DNA from: Azolla caroliniana
Taxonomy: Eukaryota; Plantae; Polypodiophyta
NCBI GenBank assembly: GCA_043228905.1
Contig: JBHGNT010000001.1
Coordinates: 32,674,001 to 32,738,000, forward strand
Length of the DNA: 64,000 bases
Reading direction: 5' to 3'
In this document: one piece after another, positions 10,859 through 24,138 of the stretch
Numbering within the stretch: position 1 is the stretch's first letter
How the letters are laid out: each line of letters starts with the position of its first letter
The notes under the pieces: generated by a model
Databases searched by the model: none
What the model saw: only the letters and a program-made list of their open reading frames with translations
Told to the model about the DNA's origin: nothing
Made by a program: the position numbers and the translations under genes

Positions 10859-13800
10859 TTAAGAATTTTGCAACAACGGAGGTTTTACCCACTCCATAGG
10901 AGCCATTCGTCCCATTTTTCGCGCGAAGGCTTGTTTCAGATTTTCTGGTTCTGAAAAAAACATTGAATGTGACTCACACGCTATGAAATAACTAAGCTAA
11001 GCATTGTGAGAAACGCCACACATTCGTTACCTTTTACATTTGAATGAATCTCTGTCAAAAATGTCATTAAACCCTCGCAACTATCCTGGATGTCTAAAGA
11101 AACTCTATACAATTCCTCCTATAAAAAAGAATGACTATTAGCGTATGTCTATGTAAAATAACATGTAAAAGAAACAATGCAGTAACTAGGATTTTCAAAT
11201 ACAATAGGATGAAAAACATAGTCACCATTTCCTCTGCACCACCAATATTTCCATACAAGGGATCATCGATGTCCTCTACCTAAGGAAAAGCAGATTTTAG
11301 ATTGCATGAATTGAAGATACAATACATCACTAAGCTAGGTGAAAAGAATCTCAAACAAAGCCCAAAAAACAAGCAGTCGAATGAGATGTTTCACATTCAG
11401 TTCAAGCACAGTAGCTGTACTATAACTGGTACTAAGAAACATTTCAGTTCAAGCACATATGAATTTTAGATCAGGCTAGGGAACTGGTACAAATCAATCA
11501 ATCAAGCCGAGTTTTTATAATATAGTTATACCTTCCGGTGTGAGCAAAAGTCTCCCAATCTTCGAACTTTCCATGAATAATAGCTGTCTTTATCGATTGC
11601 CTCAAAGATAGTGACATCCTTTAATGCATCAGATGCTGTGAACTAAACATATGAAAGCTTTGGTGTTAAAACCTGCACAAACTCTGTCAGTCTCTCTCAG
11701 CTTGCCTGCACCATACGTCTCTCCAGTATGTTCTGGAAAAGTTAACTAGCGAGGAATATTTACCAATGAATTCTTGATTCTATGGTACTTATTCTTAATA
11801 ATTTTGAAACATTATAGAAACAATCTAGTTTGGAAATTTAAAAAATCTTCTGTCTGAATTTTATTAAATTATTAAACATCCTTCTTAACAAAATAAATGA
11901 ACCCTGGGAAGTGAAATCCAATCACCATCAGCATTTTAACAGGATCAAGAGAAATGGCTAGTGTGAAATGTATTTTTTCTTGTAAAATCTAACCTTTTTT
12001 GGGTGAACTTTTACTCAATGATATACTATATACTGCCTATATATATTATTTACATATCTTCCATTTTATATGCGCCATTCTTCTCAATCATCCCAATTAC
12101 ATATGTTGAATTTTCCTTTCCATTATTTGTTAAGATCTATAGAGAGTGTGATAATGTTTCAACAGATTTCTTTCTACTAAACACATTGAAATTTTCCTTA
12201 ATAATTTACTTTTATTTATAGACTTCAACATTATATGACCAGTATATTGTTTCTACATGAGTGCCTTGGTTCCCAGACAAGATATCGCATTGACTGATAA
12301 CCACATGAACTGCATAGCAATTTGATAGTCAAGCACATTATGCCATCCTCGCGCAAAATCCCATTGGAGCATTCCAATCCCATAAACAAATCTAAGACAT
12401 CCATAAAAGGATGCAGGGATAAGTCTTAGCCATTTTGAAAGATTGCAAAGAATTGTTGATTTTAAATAGTTTCACAAATATTAGTTGAAATTTCCCAAAA
12501 TACATCAACTAGAAATGGCACATCTTTACACATTTACCACCCAGAGGGAAAAGGCTAAAGAGGACGTGTTAAACAAAATACCTTATCCATTACTAGCAGC
12601 AAATCATACTCCACGACATCTTTAGCACAATCGAAAACCTTTGCAGTGTGATGTTTTATATCCAAACCAAGATCTTCAGCAACCTCCAAGACACTGCCAC
12701 TTGGGCTCTCCCCTGCATTATAATCTCTTGTTCCCTGTTTAAGAAAAATTAGGAATTCACATGAAATGAAGCAAAGACTTTATGTGTGTGTCCCTCTTTT
12801 AGCCTTCGTTTTCTCAAGAACCTTAGGTGTATAAACTATGATAACGTCATAGCAATTTAAACCTGCCAACCATGTGAGTTATTCTCTAGCCTCATAGATA
12901 TCTAAAAAACTTTGATTTTTTTGAGGTAACCAGTAAAAACCCTCTCATTTGCAGGTGAAAAGAGAAAATTTCCCATTCTTTATCCATGTTTTTTTTTCAC
13001 ATCCCTAATCCAGTGCTCCATAAGACTAAAATTAAAAACCAAGTCAGTAACTCGATTTCATACTGCTACATCGACTTCTTTCTGAGATCAATAATATACG
13101 CAGGCATTAGTAGTTCTAACCTTTGAACTACATTGAATCACATCTTGTAGATTTCTCTCTCTGATGAGAGATGTAAGCATGGCTTCTGCGATCACTGATC
13201 GACACACATTGCCCTCGCTTAAGAAAAGTACCTTCAAGGTATTTTCAGATTGTTCATTCTGTTCAGAATATAAGCAGAAAAATGTTGTGAGACCTGAGTT
13301 CTTATATTAATGATAATGTGTACAATGGAAAAATCTTACACGAAGAACTTAACAACAGAAGGATCAGAATAGTCCAATAAAAAAGAAGAAAGATGAGAAG
13401 AATAGAACAGGCGAAATAAAATAAAAAAGACCCAACAAGAAGGAAAAAAATCAGAATAACCCACCCACAACGAAGAAAAGTTAGCAAAAAGACAAATAGA
13501 AGAAGCAAATGAAGAAGAGGAAGAAGAAAAGAAGGACGTGGTAACGAGTGAATGAATGAATGGAAAGAAAACTAACCTGAATATGACTAGGAAGAATGGA
13601 TCGGAAGACTGGCTGAATACAATTGCTGCTCACGTCAAACATCTCTTTGTCATTCTTCTGATCCTTCTCAGCTGGAAGGTCAGCAGCACAAAAAATCTGA
13701 ACCTTGTTGGAATATTGTGTCCGGTCCACAGCAGAGCTATCTCTTTTTCTTATTCTCCTAGTTAGAAAACCTAATGAGGATGAGGAATAGGACGAGGAGG

Positions 13801-13909
13801 AGGTTGTTGCAGAGATGGAGGCTGAAAGCAGCGAGGAGCTTCCCATGAGCACGAGAAGAGCCATAGCTGTGAACTGAGTGTTTATTGAAAGCTTCAGTTT
13901 CCCAGGCAT
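10859..13909 (-). CDS. Low-molecular-weight protein tyrosine phosphatase (LMW-PTP)-fold protein with Cys->Ser at the nucleophile position and a predicted transit peptide; exons 13909(or 13864)-13577, 13258-13121, 12734-12582, 11642-11532, 11279-11226, 11118-11031, 10950-10859
   Basis: Spliced translation: Ser-rich N-terminus / NEQSENTLKVLFLSEGNVCRSVIAEAML..QCSSK / GTRDYNAGESPS..HTAKVFD..EYDLLLVMDK / FTASD..KVRRLGDF / VEDIDDPLYGNIGG / EELYRV..IQDSCEGL / ..MEWVKPPLLQNS*. All introns are GT-AG and in phase, with no internal stop. Confidence 0.88.
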
Positions 13910-16602
13910 CAAAGGAATGGTAGATTGATGATGATGATATAAACATTTCCAAAATATCCGGAATACCCTTCTCAATCAGACGTTCAAATTATCAAAATTG
14001 CCCCTAAAAACAAAATAGCAATGCTTGGATTTTAATGCATTCTTCTTCTTCATCTTTTAGCCTTCAATTTAGTACTCTCATTACCAAATCGGATCCTTAA
14101 TAGTTCCTGGCATTACAAAAAGAAAAACAGCGGATCCTTAATATGTAGTTCGTGCCTTGCTGATTGGCACATCGCATCCAAATCCTCTCTTAAATTGTCA
14201 CAAGTTGAGCACTCATAAATGTAATGTTCCTTTTTTCTTTCAATCTATATCTAATATGCTAAGGAGTCCCTATGTGGCATCCTCCAAAATGAGTGGTTAT
14301 TCCCATGAGAAAGATGAGTAACCATGTAGATGGGTGGTAATATAAACACACCCTCCACAATGTGTGTAGGAGATAGTCTTATCATCTTTGTCCCTAATCA
14401 TTAACGAGGATTTCATGACTACATGGGGCATCAAACCTCTCCATTTGTCTCCAATATCTATCATGGTTATCTAAGCTAGGATCCTAATTTTGAACTTCAC
14501 ATTGCATCACACAATCCATCCTTTCAATCTCTCCCAAAGTTCAGGGTTTAGTGACAATAATCTAAAAAGCTCCACTACCTTCACCTATTTGTGTCATCTA
14601 ACCGTTTAGTTGATATATTATTATAACACCATAGTCTTGGTTTTCAGAAGGTTAACACAATGCCACGTACCTAATAATCTCATATATATGACGGACTAAA
14701 TTTAATAGTCTCATAACAAGCCATCATAAGTACACATATCCATTAAATTATTGAGACCAAATGAAATTAAATTTAATACAATGGCTTAATATAAGGAGAT
14801 TGCCCATCGAGGAAAACGTTTATGTTCATGAATCATTACGTTAACTAAAGAATGTCAACAACTGCCTAGACAACAAATTTGAAAATTAGGTAGGATCACA
14901 TAGCAACACTCACAAACCATGACACATTGCAAGGCATCATCAATATTTTACAATTCAAAGAGCTACGTCCCATTTTAACCAAAATCAAAGACCCTTAAAC
15001 AGGATTTGTCAATGACCTTAACATGCATGAAAAAGCATAAGAATTTGCATAAACAGGATTTGCATAACTAAATTTGGCTTTCAACATAAGAATTAAACTT
15101 AATAATAATTATTTCATTAACGGTACTACTAGCACAATAAACCAAAGTCTAGAAGACATGAGTTGTCATCGAATGAACAACGCTTTGGTAAAAGCTGTCT
15201 GCTAACATCAGGAAACAGCTATTTACTCCACACTTTGTCCAGGATCAGGGAAAAACTTTGCCTGAACACAGATTAAAACTTGAATTGATACTCGAGGAGC
15301 ATTCAAATTTTCTCACAGCAAGATGTACTAAAATTAGAAAGATATTCCCAGAACCTTATATGTTTTAAGGTCTACAAATGCTACATAGCAGGATCACCAT
15401 TTGATGCGCTTTTGTTATTACACAGCTATGATTGTGGAAGATTCACAACTCCATGGATATTCTAGATTCGTAACCATTGTAGAAATTGTTTCAGATAAAA
15501 TCCACAAAACATTATTGCTCAAGATGTTTGGAGGAAGCTGAATCTTCTCTAATTCCGAAACACTCCATAGATCAAGTAGCTGTTTTGAAATATTAGCTTA
15601 AATGCAATGATGAATAATTATATGGTCTATTTTATTAAAACATTCTAAACTCAAAATAAGTGAGATTTAGATGTAAACATGAATTTCCGAGCACATAATA
15701 ACTACTTACTAGCAAAAGAAACTTTCACTGGAGGTACAGGAGGCACATCTGCATAAAGAATATTCTTTGAATATCAACCTTGTTGCTGTAAAAAATGTTT
15801 AGATGACTCCAATCCAATTTTATTGGTGCAGTCTTAATTGAGTGTTCTGTTTTATCAGGCCGCATTTAAAGAAATTAATAATTTCTATTGAATGGACACA
15901 GCTGCAACCCTCAAGTTAAACTATACCCCAAAAAAGTGCACAGTGAAAATCAGAAACTCAAGGTATAGTGAGCATTTGAATCAACGAACTTCATTAATTA
16001 AAGTCACCAGCAGCATTTCTGGTGGGAATATATGAGCTTTCATCGAAATTGTATACTTACATATATGCCGTGAAATTTCCAAGCACATTATAATTTAGCA
16101 GTACGGTAACAACTCAAGATCCTACAATAAACAAAACTTCTCTATGAAAGCTCATTAAAACATACCTACCTTTCTTCTTAGGCATGTTCATAAATTAAAA
16201 ATTTGTAGCTATAGACAAATGGCATTTGACACCGTGGTCATGAGGGTGAAAGAGAGATGCATGCCTAGGAATCTGAATACTCTTTGGTAGTGTATCACTC
16301 AGCTCAAATGAGCATGACTGATTAATTGTATACATCCGCAATTTAGACAAAAGATACATATGTACATCTCTCTCAAAGTAGCAAGCCCTCTTAACTAATA
16401 TAGTATCCATCTGCTCATCAAAAGAATACCTGGCATTCAAGGAAGGATCATCATATTGGATTCTCCTTGCCATCGTGCTACATCTAAAGAAGAAACGTGT
16501 GTTTGAAGGTACTGTAAAAGTTCACAAAGGATGAATCATGCCATGAGAGTGGTATAATAGTCGGCTCCAGCCACTGCATATTTCCAGAAATTCCACTTCA
16601 TT

Positions 16603-19600
16603 CTAATTCGGCCTCCACTTTGATGTTGAATTCCTGTGTCTTGCCACAACCTGGACCTTACTCGGATTTGCTGTATACATAAAGTCTTCAGATAAGACAC
16701 TGCCAATATGGAAAATATATGAAATGGAAAGATTAACATCACAGTATCAAAGTGCATGCATGACACACCAAGCATCAATCCACCATGTATCCCTGCTCCA
16801 TGACCAGTATACAAGGCATTTGGCATATCATTTGATGTTAAGGTGATGGGAACTCCTAGAGCTGGTTGGGATGAACTTTCCTGAGACTGTGCATTTGTAG
16901 GACAATTATAGCCCAGTCTTGACCTTGATTCATGAGATGAGTACATCCAACTATGGCTTAACTCCTCCCCAGTGGAAAATTGACGGCCTGCACATCAAAA
17001 GATCTTCAGAGTAAATTCAGCATTTTCAGTTTTTGCTTTCAGTTTTTAATTACCAAATACCTGTGGTCATAGACAAATAGTTTTCCTCCCCAAACCTATC
17101 ATGGCGATGTTCCCTTTCACAAACATTTCCATGCACATAGCCTGAATCTCTCTGAAAAGAAGGTGAGGAAGATTGGTGTAATAACGCCTTTGAACTTCCG
17201 TAAGGAATGGATCTTGGTGGTAATGGTGGGGGAGACGGAAGACGGGAATATTGTGTCTGAGAGCTCAGAGATCCACGTTGAATGTGTCCTTGAGCCATGT
17301 GACTGGTATGTGCATTAAATGGTTGAGATACATGTGTTACAATGAAGTTTTTGGGAGAACCATATGCAGATTCCCTATTCATAGCTTGAGCATTGCTTCG
17401 AGAAGGACTTTGCACAGAATAATACTGTGCATAATGGTGTTCATAAACGTTCTCATCAGCAGTGGTTCCATGCACGCTATGTTTCTGTACCATAGGCACA
17501 CCAGCTTGCTGTTCTCTGCAGGCAACGTATCCTGAACTTATTCCAGGTTGTCTCACATCTGGTGAATGGTTTGAAGTATTTGAGCTTGCAAACGATGAAG
17601 ATCCATATGCAAATACATATGATGATGCTAGAAAAGCACCTGGAGGGGGAGATCCAGGTGGTGGTGGTGGTGGTGGTGGAGATAGTGGCGGTGGTGGAGG
17701 AGATGGTGGCATAGGTGGTGGAGATTCTGGCAATGGTGGAGGTGATGGTGGCGGACTATCAGGAGGTGGTGGTGGAGGTGGTGATGTATCTTCTAAGGCA
17801 GAAATAGACTGATATTCTTGTGCCATAATGCTATCTTCAATGTTTCTGTCTGGAGAAGCATCCTCCATCTCCAGTTCTCCTTCTACGTCCTCTAGTATGT
17901 GTCTGTGCTTCTCAGCTGGTAGGGAATGTGGATCAATGACCTCTTCTGTTGCACCTGCAGCAGACTCTAAGACATCTTCAGCTGGCTTCACCTGGCTAGG
18001 GGATTCTTCTTCATCATCAAACATCCGAGATGAGAGCAGTCCCGGCAGACCAAATGTCGCATTGCTGAAAAATAGATGTGGTTAAAAATCAGCATTTCCA
18101 ACAGCGTCCACTCAAAGTAAATTTGATTTCAAACTGTAAAAGCTTATTTCTCACCTTCCATATTCATCTACATACATCCCTTCCATTTCCCTAATTGGAT
18201 CATCCACAGCACGTTCAAAACGAGCAGGTCTCCGAAGAGAGGCACCTATCATTTTATCATCATTGTGAGACTCAAGCTCGTTCACAAAGTCTCTCAAGAC
18301 AGACTCAGGCATAATCATCCGAGATCTCCAGAGTTTTAGAACCTGTGCCCAGTGAAAGAGTGATTACTTATTGCTTATATTTTATTCATATAATGAATTA
18401 TATATATAAAGTAGCATGCACATAAATATATGACATCTATGCTACATTTAAGGGTTTGCTATACATGGATGCATAGGCATGAAATACCAAATATGTGCAC
18501 ATGCAATTGAGCATATCATGCACACAAGTATGTACAAGGCATCAAACATATTTCTACCATGTGTATGTATAGATAGATAAGTTTGATGTTGATGCATAAA
18601 TATGTCTGTCATGCTCACAAATATGCAAATTTAATTTTTGAAATGCATGTGACCAATAACTAAATTTTAATAACTGCAAATGATCAATGACCATGCTCAC
18701 AAATATTAAACTCATGAGAAGGTGAGATTAGCCTGCCCACTGATTAGTAGGCAATAGCAAAGGTCATAAAATATATACCAGAGCACAGAATTTATCGCTT
18801 ATATATATTAATAATATAAATTCAAGTACCAACAATACTCCCATGATTTTCCTCAAGGTTACGATAATACATATTGTAGAGTTAAAGTTAACATCATATT
18901 ATGTATGGTCTTTCATTTTCTCTTAAATTAATGAGCTTAATCAAGCTCAGGGCAAACGCCTGACATGCTTCTAAAGTTACAAAGCAGTACTAAGCTTACC
19001 CTCAAGCATTGTCGACGATTTTCCCGAGCCACACTTCCAGGTGGTGCAGCTGCGTGTATTAATCGTGGGAGAGCAGCCTGTACAGCTGGACGGTATACTG
19101 CTCCTGCAACACCTACACAACCATAGACCACATTTGTAAAAGGAAATGTGAGCAGGAAAAGGTCTCAGTTCAAAGTAATGGAGCCACATGGGGGAAGGTA
19201 TACCTGGTGTACTGGCAGAGAGCTGGGTAATTGAATCCACAAGAAAGAATAAATCAATCCGGCGATGAAAGCTTCCCTCGTTCTCTAGCCTTTGCAAAAT
19301 GATTTCCAATACCTGCAAGTTCATTGCAAACATGAGGATTACAATAATGTACAGATAAGAAGAGTTAATACATTAAGACATTCAATATGCACACTAAACA
19401 CATGGAATAATTTTGATGTGTTGTAGATAACTTTTGCAGGGGAATAATTTGCATACAATACAGCGTAAAATAATCATCTACACTATGTAAAATAATCATC
19501 TACTTTTTAACTATATAGTTGCCATTATAATGAACACAGACATGTTTGATGCCTTAAAAACAGTTTTAAACATGCCAAACTATTAGAATGTATGGATCTA

Positions 19601-22600
19601 GTTCCAAACTGCAACTGGATGCAAACTTATTTAGCAAACAACAGCTGAAAACATTTGTCTTCAGTTTTTTGGGAGAACCTGTATCCAGCTTCCACACCAC
19701 TAGAATAAATATGTAAAACGATGCTTATCTAACCATGCACAAGTTCAAACACCCAAAATCTTATATTCTGACATGATGAAACCAAAATCATTGAAACTAA
19801 ATGAAGCTCCTAATTAGAAAAAAGAAGAAATCAAACAGAAACTTCTGAAGGAATATTTTACCATAGTTTGAAAATAGATCTTATATTTTTCAAAAAGTTT
19901 TCCAAATAGAATATACAGGAGATATGGCAATGGGAAAAGTAATTAAACATAACAAAACATGATAGTAATGATAAGAATACAAGCATCAGAAGCCTGTAGC
20001 ACAACCAATACATTTAACCAACACAATACAGGTGACGAGAACTTTAAACTAATGAGTTCAACTTGGCAAAACCTTATATGAACTACTTTTACAAGAAAAA
20101 AATAATGGAAGTTGCAAGAAAAGATATCAAATCAACCAGTTGCACATACACAACTGAAGTGCTTATTTACAACCTGGGTATCAAAGCACGATTATACATG
20201 AAAATACCAATTACCTTGTTTGCATAATGCACATAAAATAATGTGTAATGTCAGCTTCTATGGAATTCTATTACAATCTTGTAGTTATGCAAAAGTAGGT
20301 GGTTCTTATATCAAATAGCATTTCATATAGTGGTGTTAATATAAATATACCAAGCAGAAAGAAAATAATAGTAATGTTGGAAATATAAGTAAAAAATTCC
20401 TAATTCATAATGAACTCACAAATAGAATCCAAATATGAACTAGAAATCCTAAACAATAACGCACATCGAAGGAAAAAGATGGCCAAACAAATGATGAAGG
20501 GATAAGCAAAAGCAAGTTAAATTCCTGAACAATAAGCATGTCGCGATTTGCAAGCACAGGTGGTTTTAGACTAATTTCCTGGGTCATCTACAGTGGAAAT
20601 ACGAGTGCCCAGTATTTTCAACATGCTTTTTAATCTCTCAAATTAAAAGTTTTATGGCATATATTATCAAATAAAAATTAAGAACAAATTACAAAACAAG
20701 ATCAACCACCAGCAATACCTGCTCAGCAATACCAAATTTCGCACAGTCAAGAGCATGACGAGTAGCCCGAGCAATACTCTCTTTAGTGCGCGACAATGTC
20801 TCCAGCATCCCTTCAAAAGTATCTCGAGCGACTGTCATTTCAGTGTCACCACCGGCATTCGTGTCACCCAAGCTTAAATTTTGACTAGGGCTGGCCCTCA
20901 CTTCCTCACCAGAAATTCCAGGAGTTTCAACCATGCTTGCAATTGTATGTTTAGGAGTATGAGATAACTCAACAGAATCTTGGGTGTAGCCCATTGTCTG
21001 AATATTCATAGGAGAGTTTCGTGGGGAACTGCTTCGAGGCGAAGGACTGTGTACAAAGGTGGAAGGCATATTATCTGGCTCTGAAACCTTCAAAAACGAA
21101 ACTGATGTTCCAGTTACATGCTTTTTTAGAGCCTCTTTCACCTTTTGCTGAGCTTCTTTGGCAGCTTCGACTCTGTAACAAATATGTAATCAGACACAAT
21201 CCTTAGAATTTTGTGAAATTGGAAACTGCCAAAAAATAGAACCACAGTTACACTTTACACTTACGCCTCTCTCACTTTGTTGGGATTCGACTCGATTTGC
21301 AACTTCGGCGCCCCTAACATTTCAAACCGGCCACTCATCATTGCATTGGCACCTTTAATTGTCTGTTTCAGTCCTGGTTTCACATCCAGTGGAACCTTTG
21401 GCATACCAGAAACCTTCAAATTATTCATCCCTGCCAGCTTGCCATGATGCTCTTGTGGCTTTGATGTTGCATCTGAGTGTTTGCTTGCAGTATCCTGATG
21501 TTTTCCATGTTTTCCAGCCTGTTCTTGATGGTGCTCGTGCTGCTTCCCATGTTTGGTGTGTTGATCTTGATGTTTTTCAGAGTTATGTGGCAGTTTTCCA
21601 ATAAGCTTCTCAGTACCAGGAATGTTTTTTGCTGCTTTAAATTTGGGTTTCACATCCAACTTTTCTGTACTGGCTCTCAAGCCTTCTGATGCCTTACTTT
21701 GATTTGAAGACTTTGTTTGCTTAGGTTTTCCACTTTCGAATGCCTTTGGTGAATGCAATGGCAAGTCATTATCCTTTTTATGATCCAGAACCCCCACACC
21801 AGCACTTGATTTGGATTTTAAATGATTATCAGAGGATAAATGGTTTCCATGTTTCACTATTTCCTCCCCCGATTGTGAAGCATTGACCTTCTGATGACCT
21901 GACAGAATAGGCTGTACAGCAGAATCTAAGTCATGAGTTTTTGGCATGGAGCTGAGCTCAGCTGCCATTCTTATTTTGTCATCTTTTATCATAATATTCT
22001 TTCCCGTTTGCTGATCTTCAACAACTTCAGCTGCTTCAGCTGCACATGCAGACATTGCTTCAAGTGCACGCTGTCTTCGTTTTGAAGGAGGAAGCGCCGC
22101 CTCCCCATCAGCAATGCTACTCCTAATGCGATATTTGTCTGCTTTGGGGGGAAGACTTGTATCTCTATCCCCAAGGAATCTAGATTTTGTAACATGCTTC
22201 TCATTAGTGACCATGACTCCATTCATATCCATCTGCACTTCAGTTTTGACCTCATCTTGAACAGGATAATCCTTCTCCGAATGGGCTCTATCCTTCTTTT
22301 GAACAGGTGAGTCTTTATTGTCATCGACTGTGTATTCTGATTCCCTTGATAAAATATTCTCAGCTTCCTTATCACTTATATGTCCATGTTTATCCTTGTG
22401 GTCTACTGTTTTTGATTCACATTCATTAGATGTTTTCTGACGTTTCAAAAGATTGGCTGGAGATTTTTCCTTGTTTTGTTCTGAAGTATTAACAGCTTGA
22501 CTTCTCTCCACAATTACAGAAACAGAACTCTGCTGCAAGATATAATCACCAGAGACCTTTAAGCAATTAGAAATAAAAACAAACCAATATATTTTGAGAA

Positions 22601-24138
22601 AAGAAAATGAATAGTTGAATCGCATACCATCAATCAAATATAAAATATAAAAATTTGGATATATAATTTCAGTGAGAAAACAACCATACCCGGAACTCAG
22701 ACTTTTCTTGAGCAAGATCCGGAACCCTTTTCCTGCGTTGATACTCAGACACAATTCCTTTAACTTGCACTTCCTGGTCAAGAGCATGGGAGTCTATTGA
22801 ATTTAGCTGTTTTTCTGATTCACTATCAACAGCTTGTAGTTCGAGTTTCTGTGATGCTCTGCGCTTTTTCTTAGGAAGTAATGTCTGCTGATGTAATTCC
22901 TCATCAAAGTCTAATGCAGCACCACTGTTTTTAGAAGCACCAGTTGATTCTTCTGGAAAGTTTCCATGGATGATGTTGGTTGATTTTCCAATTTCTAGGC
23001 TCTGACATGCATCAGTTTTCTCATTGTCTAATGAAGAATTACTTTTCCTTGCACGAATATCTGATACACATTCAACTGAGTGACTAAGTTCACTAACAAA
23101 TGAGCTGATGACTTCATCCTGAGTTTGTTCTTTATCCAATAACTCGGCTTTATCATCTGGATTCTGAACGTGAGGTTTGGAGATCTCAGGACTTAGATTA
23201 GGTACAGTAGTCTTGATGTTGATGGCTAAATCCTCTTTTGAATCTGAATCCTCGTCAGATACTATAATTTTCCGTCGCTTTTTGTGTGTTTCTTGAGTAA
23301 CATTGCTTCGAACTCCAGCAGGCTTCTCATTTCTACATGTAGAACCATTATTGAGGCCATCGATCCAGTAATTCTTCGAATCTTTAGGCAGCTTAGTGGA
23401 CATATCAGCATGCTTGCATTCAACACCCGCTGATGTATCCTTACCTTTGCTTTTGTCCATGACTTCATAGTCTGCGACCTTCTGATTTGTTGCCTCCTCA
23501 GTCTCTTCTTGAGAATCATCATTATCAGAATCAACTAGGCCTTCATCTGCGTCACAGATTTCTTTCACTGCTCGACCGAAGTCTGATAACAAGTTCTTAC
23601 CTTTGACTTTTGCAAGAAGACTTTTCTTCGTTTCAGAGGTAAAGCCCTTCACGTCTGCTGGTTGAACAAATCCTCTACAAGAAGCATTCAAAATGTCTAA
23701 TTGTTACAATCAGATACAAACACATGCCATGCAAGCGTAGAAATGTAAATAACTCACATCTGCTGTGTTCCAAAAAAATAAACAAACAATTTCTTCCGAT
23801 CCTTGGTGAAGCCAAACTCTTCTGGAACACTAATCTGCAAAGGGAAATTTAGAATGCATTCATCTTGAGGCAAACTAAACGATAAAATAGAGATGAGATC
23901 AATAAGCAATTCCATGCAGGACTCCATGAATTACTTTTTCCAATTTGAGAATGGCTTTTTCCAAGTTTTTTGAGACTGACACAATCAGCCATTCATATAC
24001 AAGAAATGGGTCATGTACCTTGGCAGGCCACCATGGATGTCCTTTGACTTTGGCGAGGACGAGTTCTCCTGTGTTCCAGACAAGGTTTGATGCTGCGACA
24101 GCAACAGCCTTTACGCTTTTCTTTCGTGCTGGTGCCAT
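16603..24138 (-). CDS. HUA2: HUA2/HULK-like protein (PWWP + CID/RPR + Pro-rich); exons 24138-24019, 23834-23758, 23674-22690, 22532-21265, 21172-20719, 19312-19204, 19112-19000, 18342-18155, 18064-17061, 16987-16769, 16670-16603
   Basis: The N-terminus MAPARKK..GELVLAKVKGHPWWPAK is a PWWP domain. It also has DGEAALPPSKRRQRALEAMS and the CID motifs FEGMLETLSRTKESIARATRHALDCAKFG and RRIDLFFLVDSITQ. Further on are HRHILEDVEGELEMED, a poly-Pro tract and C-terminal WRPN*. Confidence 0.93.

Noticed and set aside
16195-16473. 92-aa ORF downstream of the HUA2-like stop
   Set aside because: No motif or homology recognised; it lies in the probable 3' UTR.
17462-17812. Gly-rich ORF on the + strand
   Set aside because: It is the antisense shadow of the poly-Pro exon of the HUA2-like gene.
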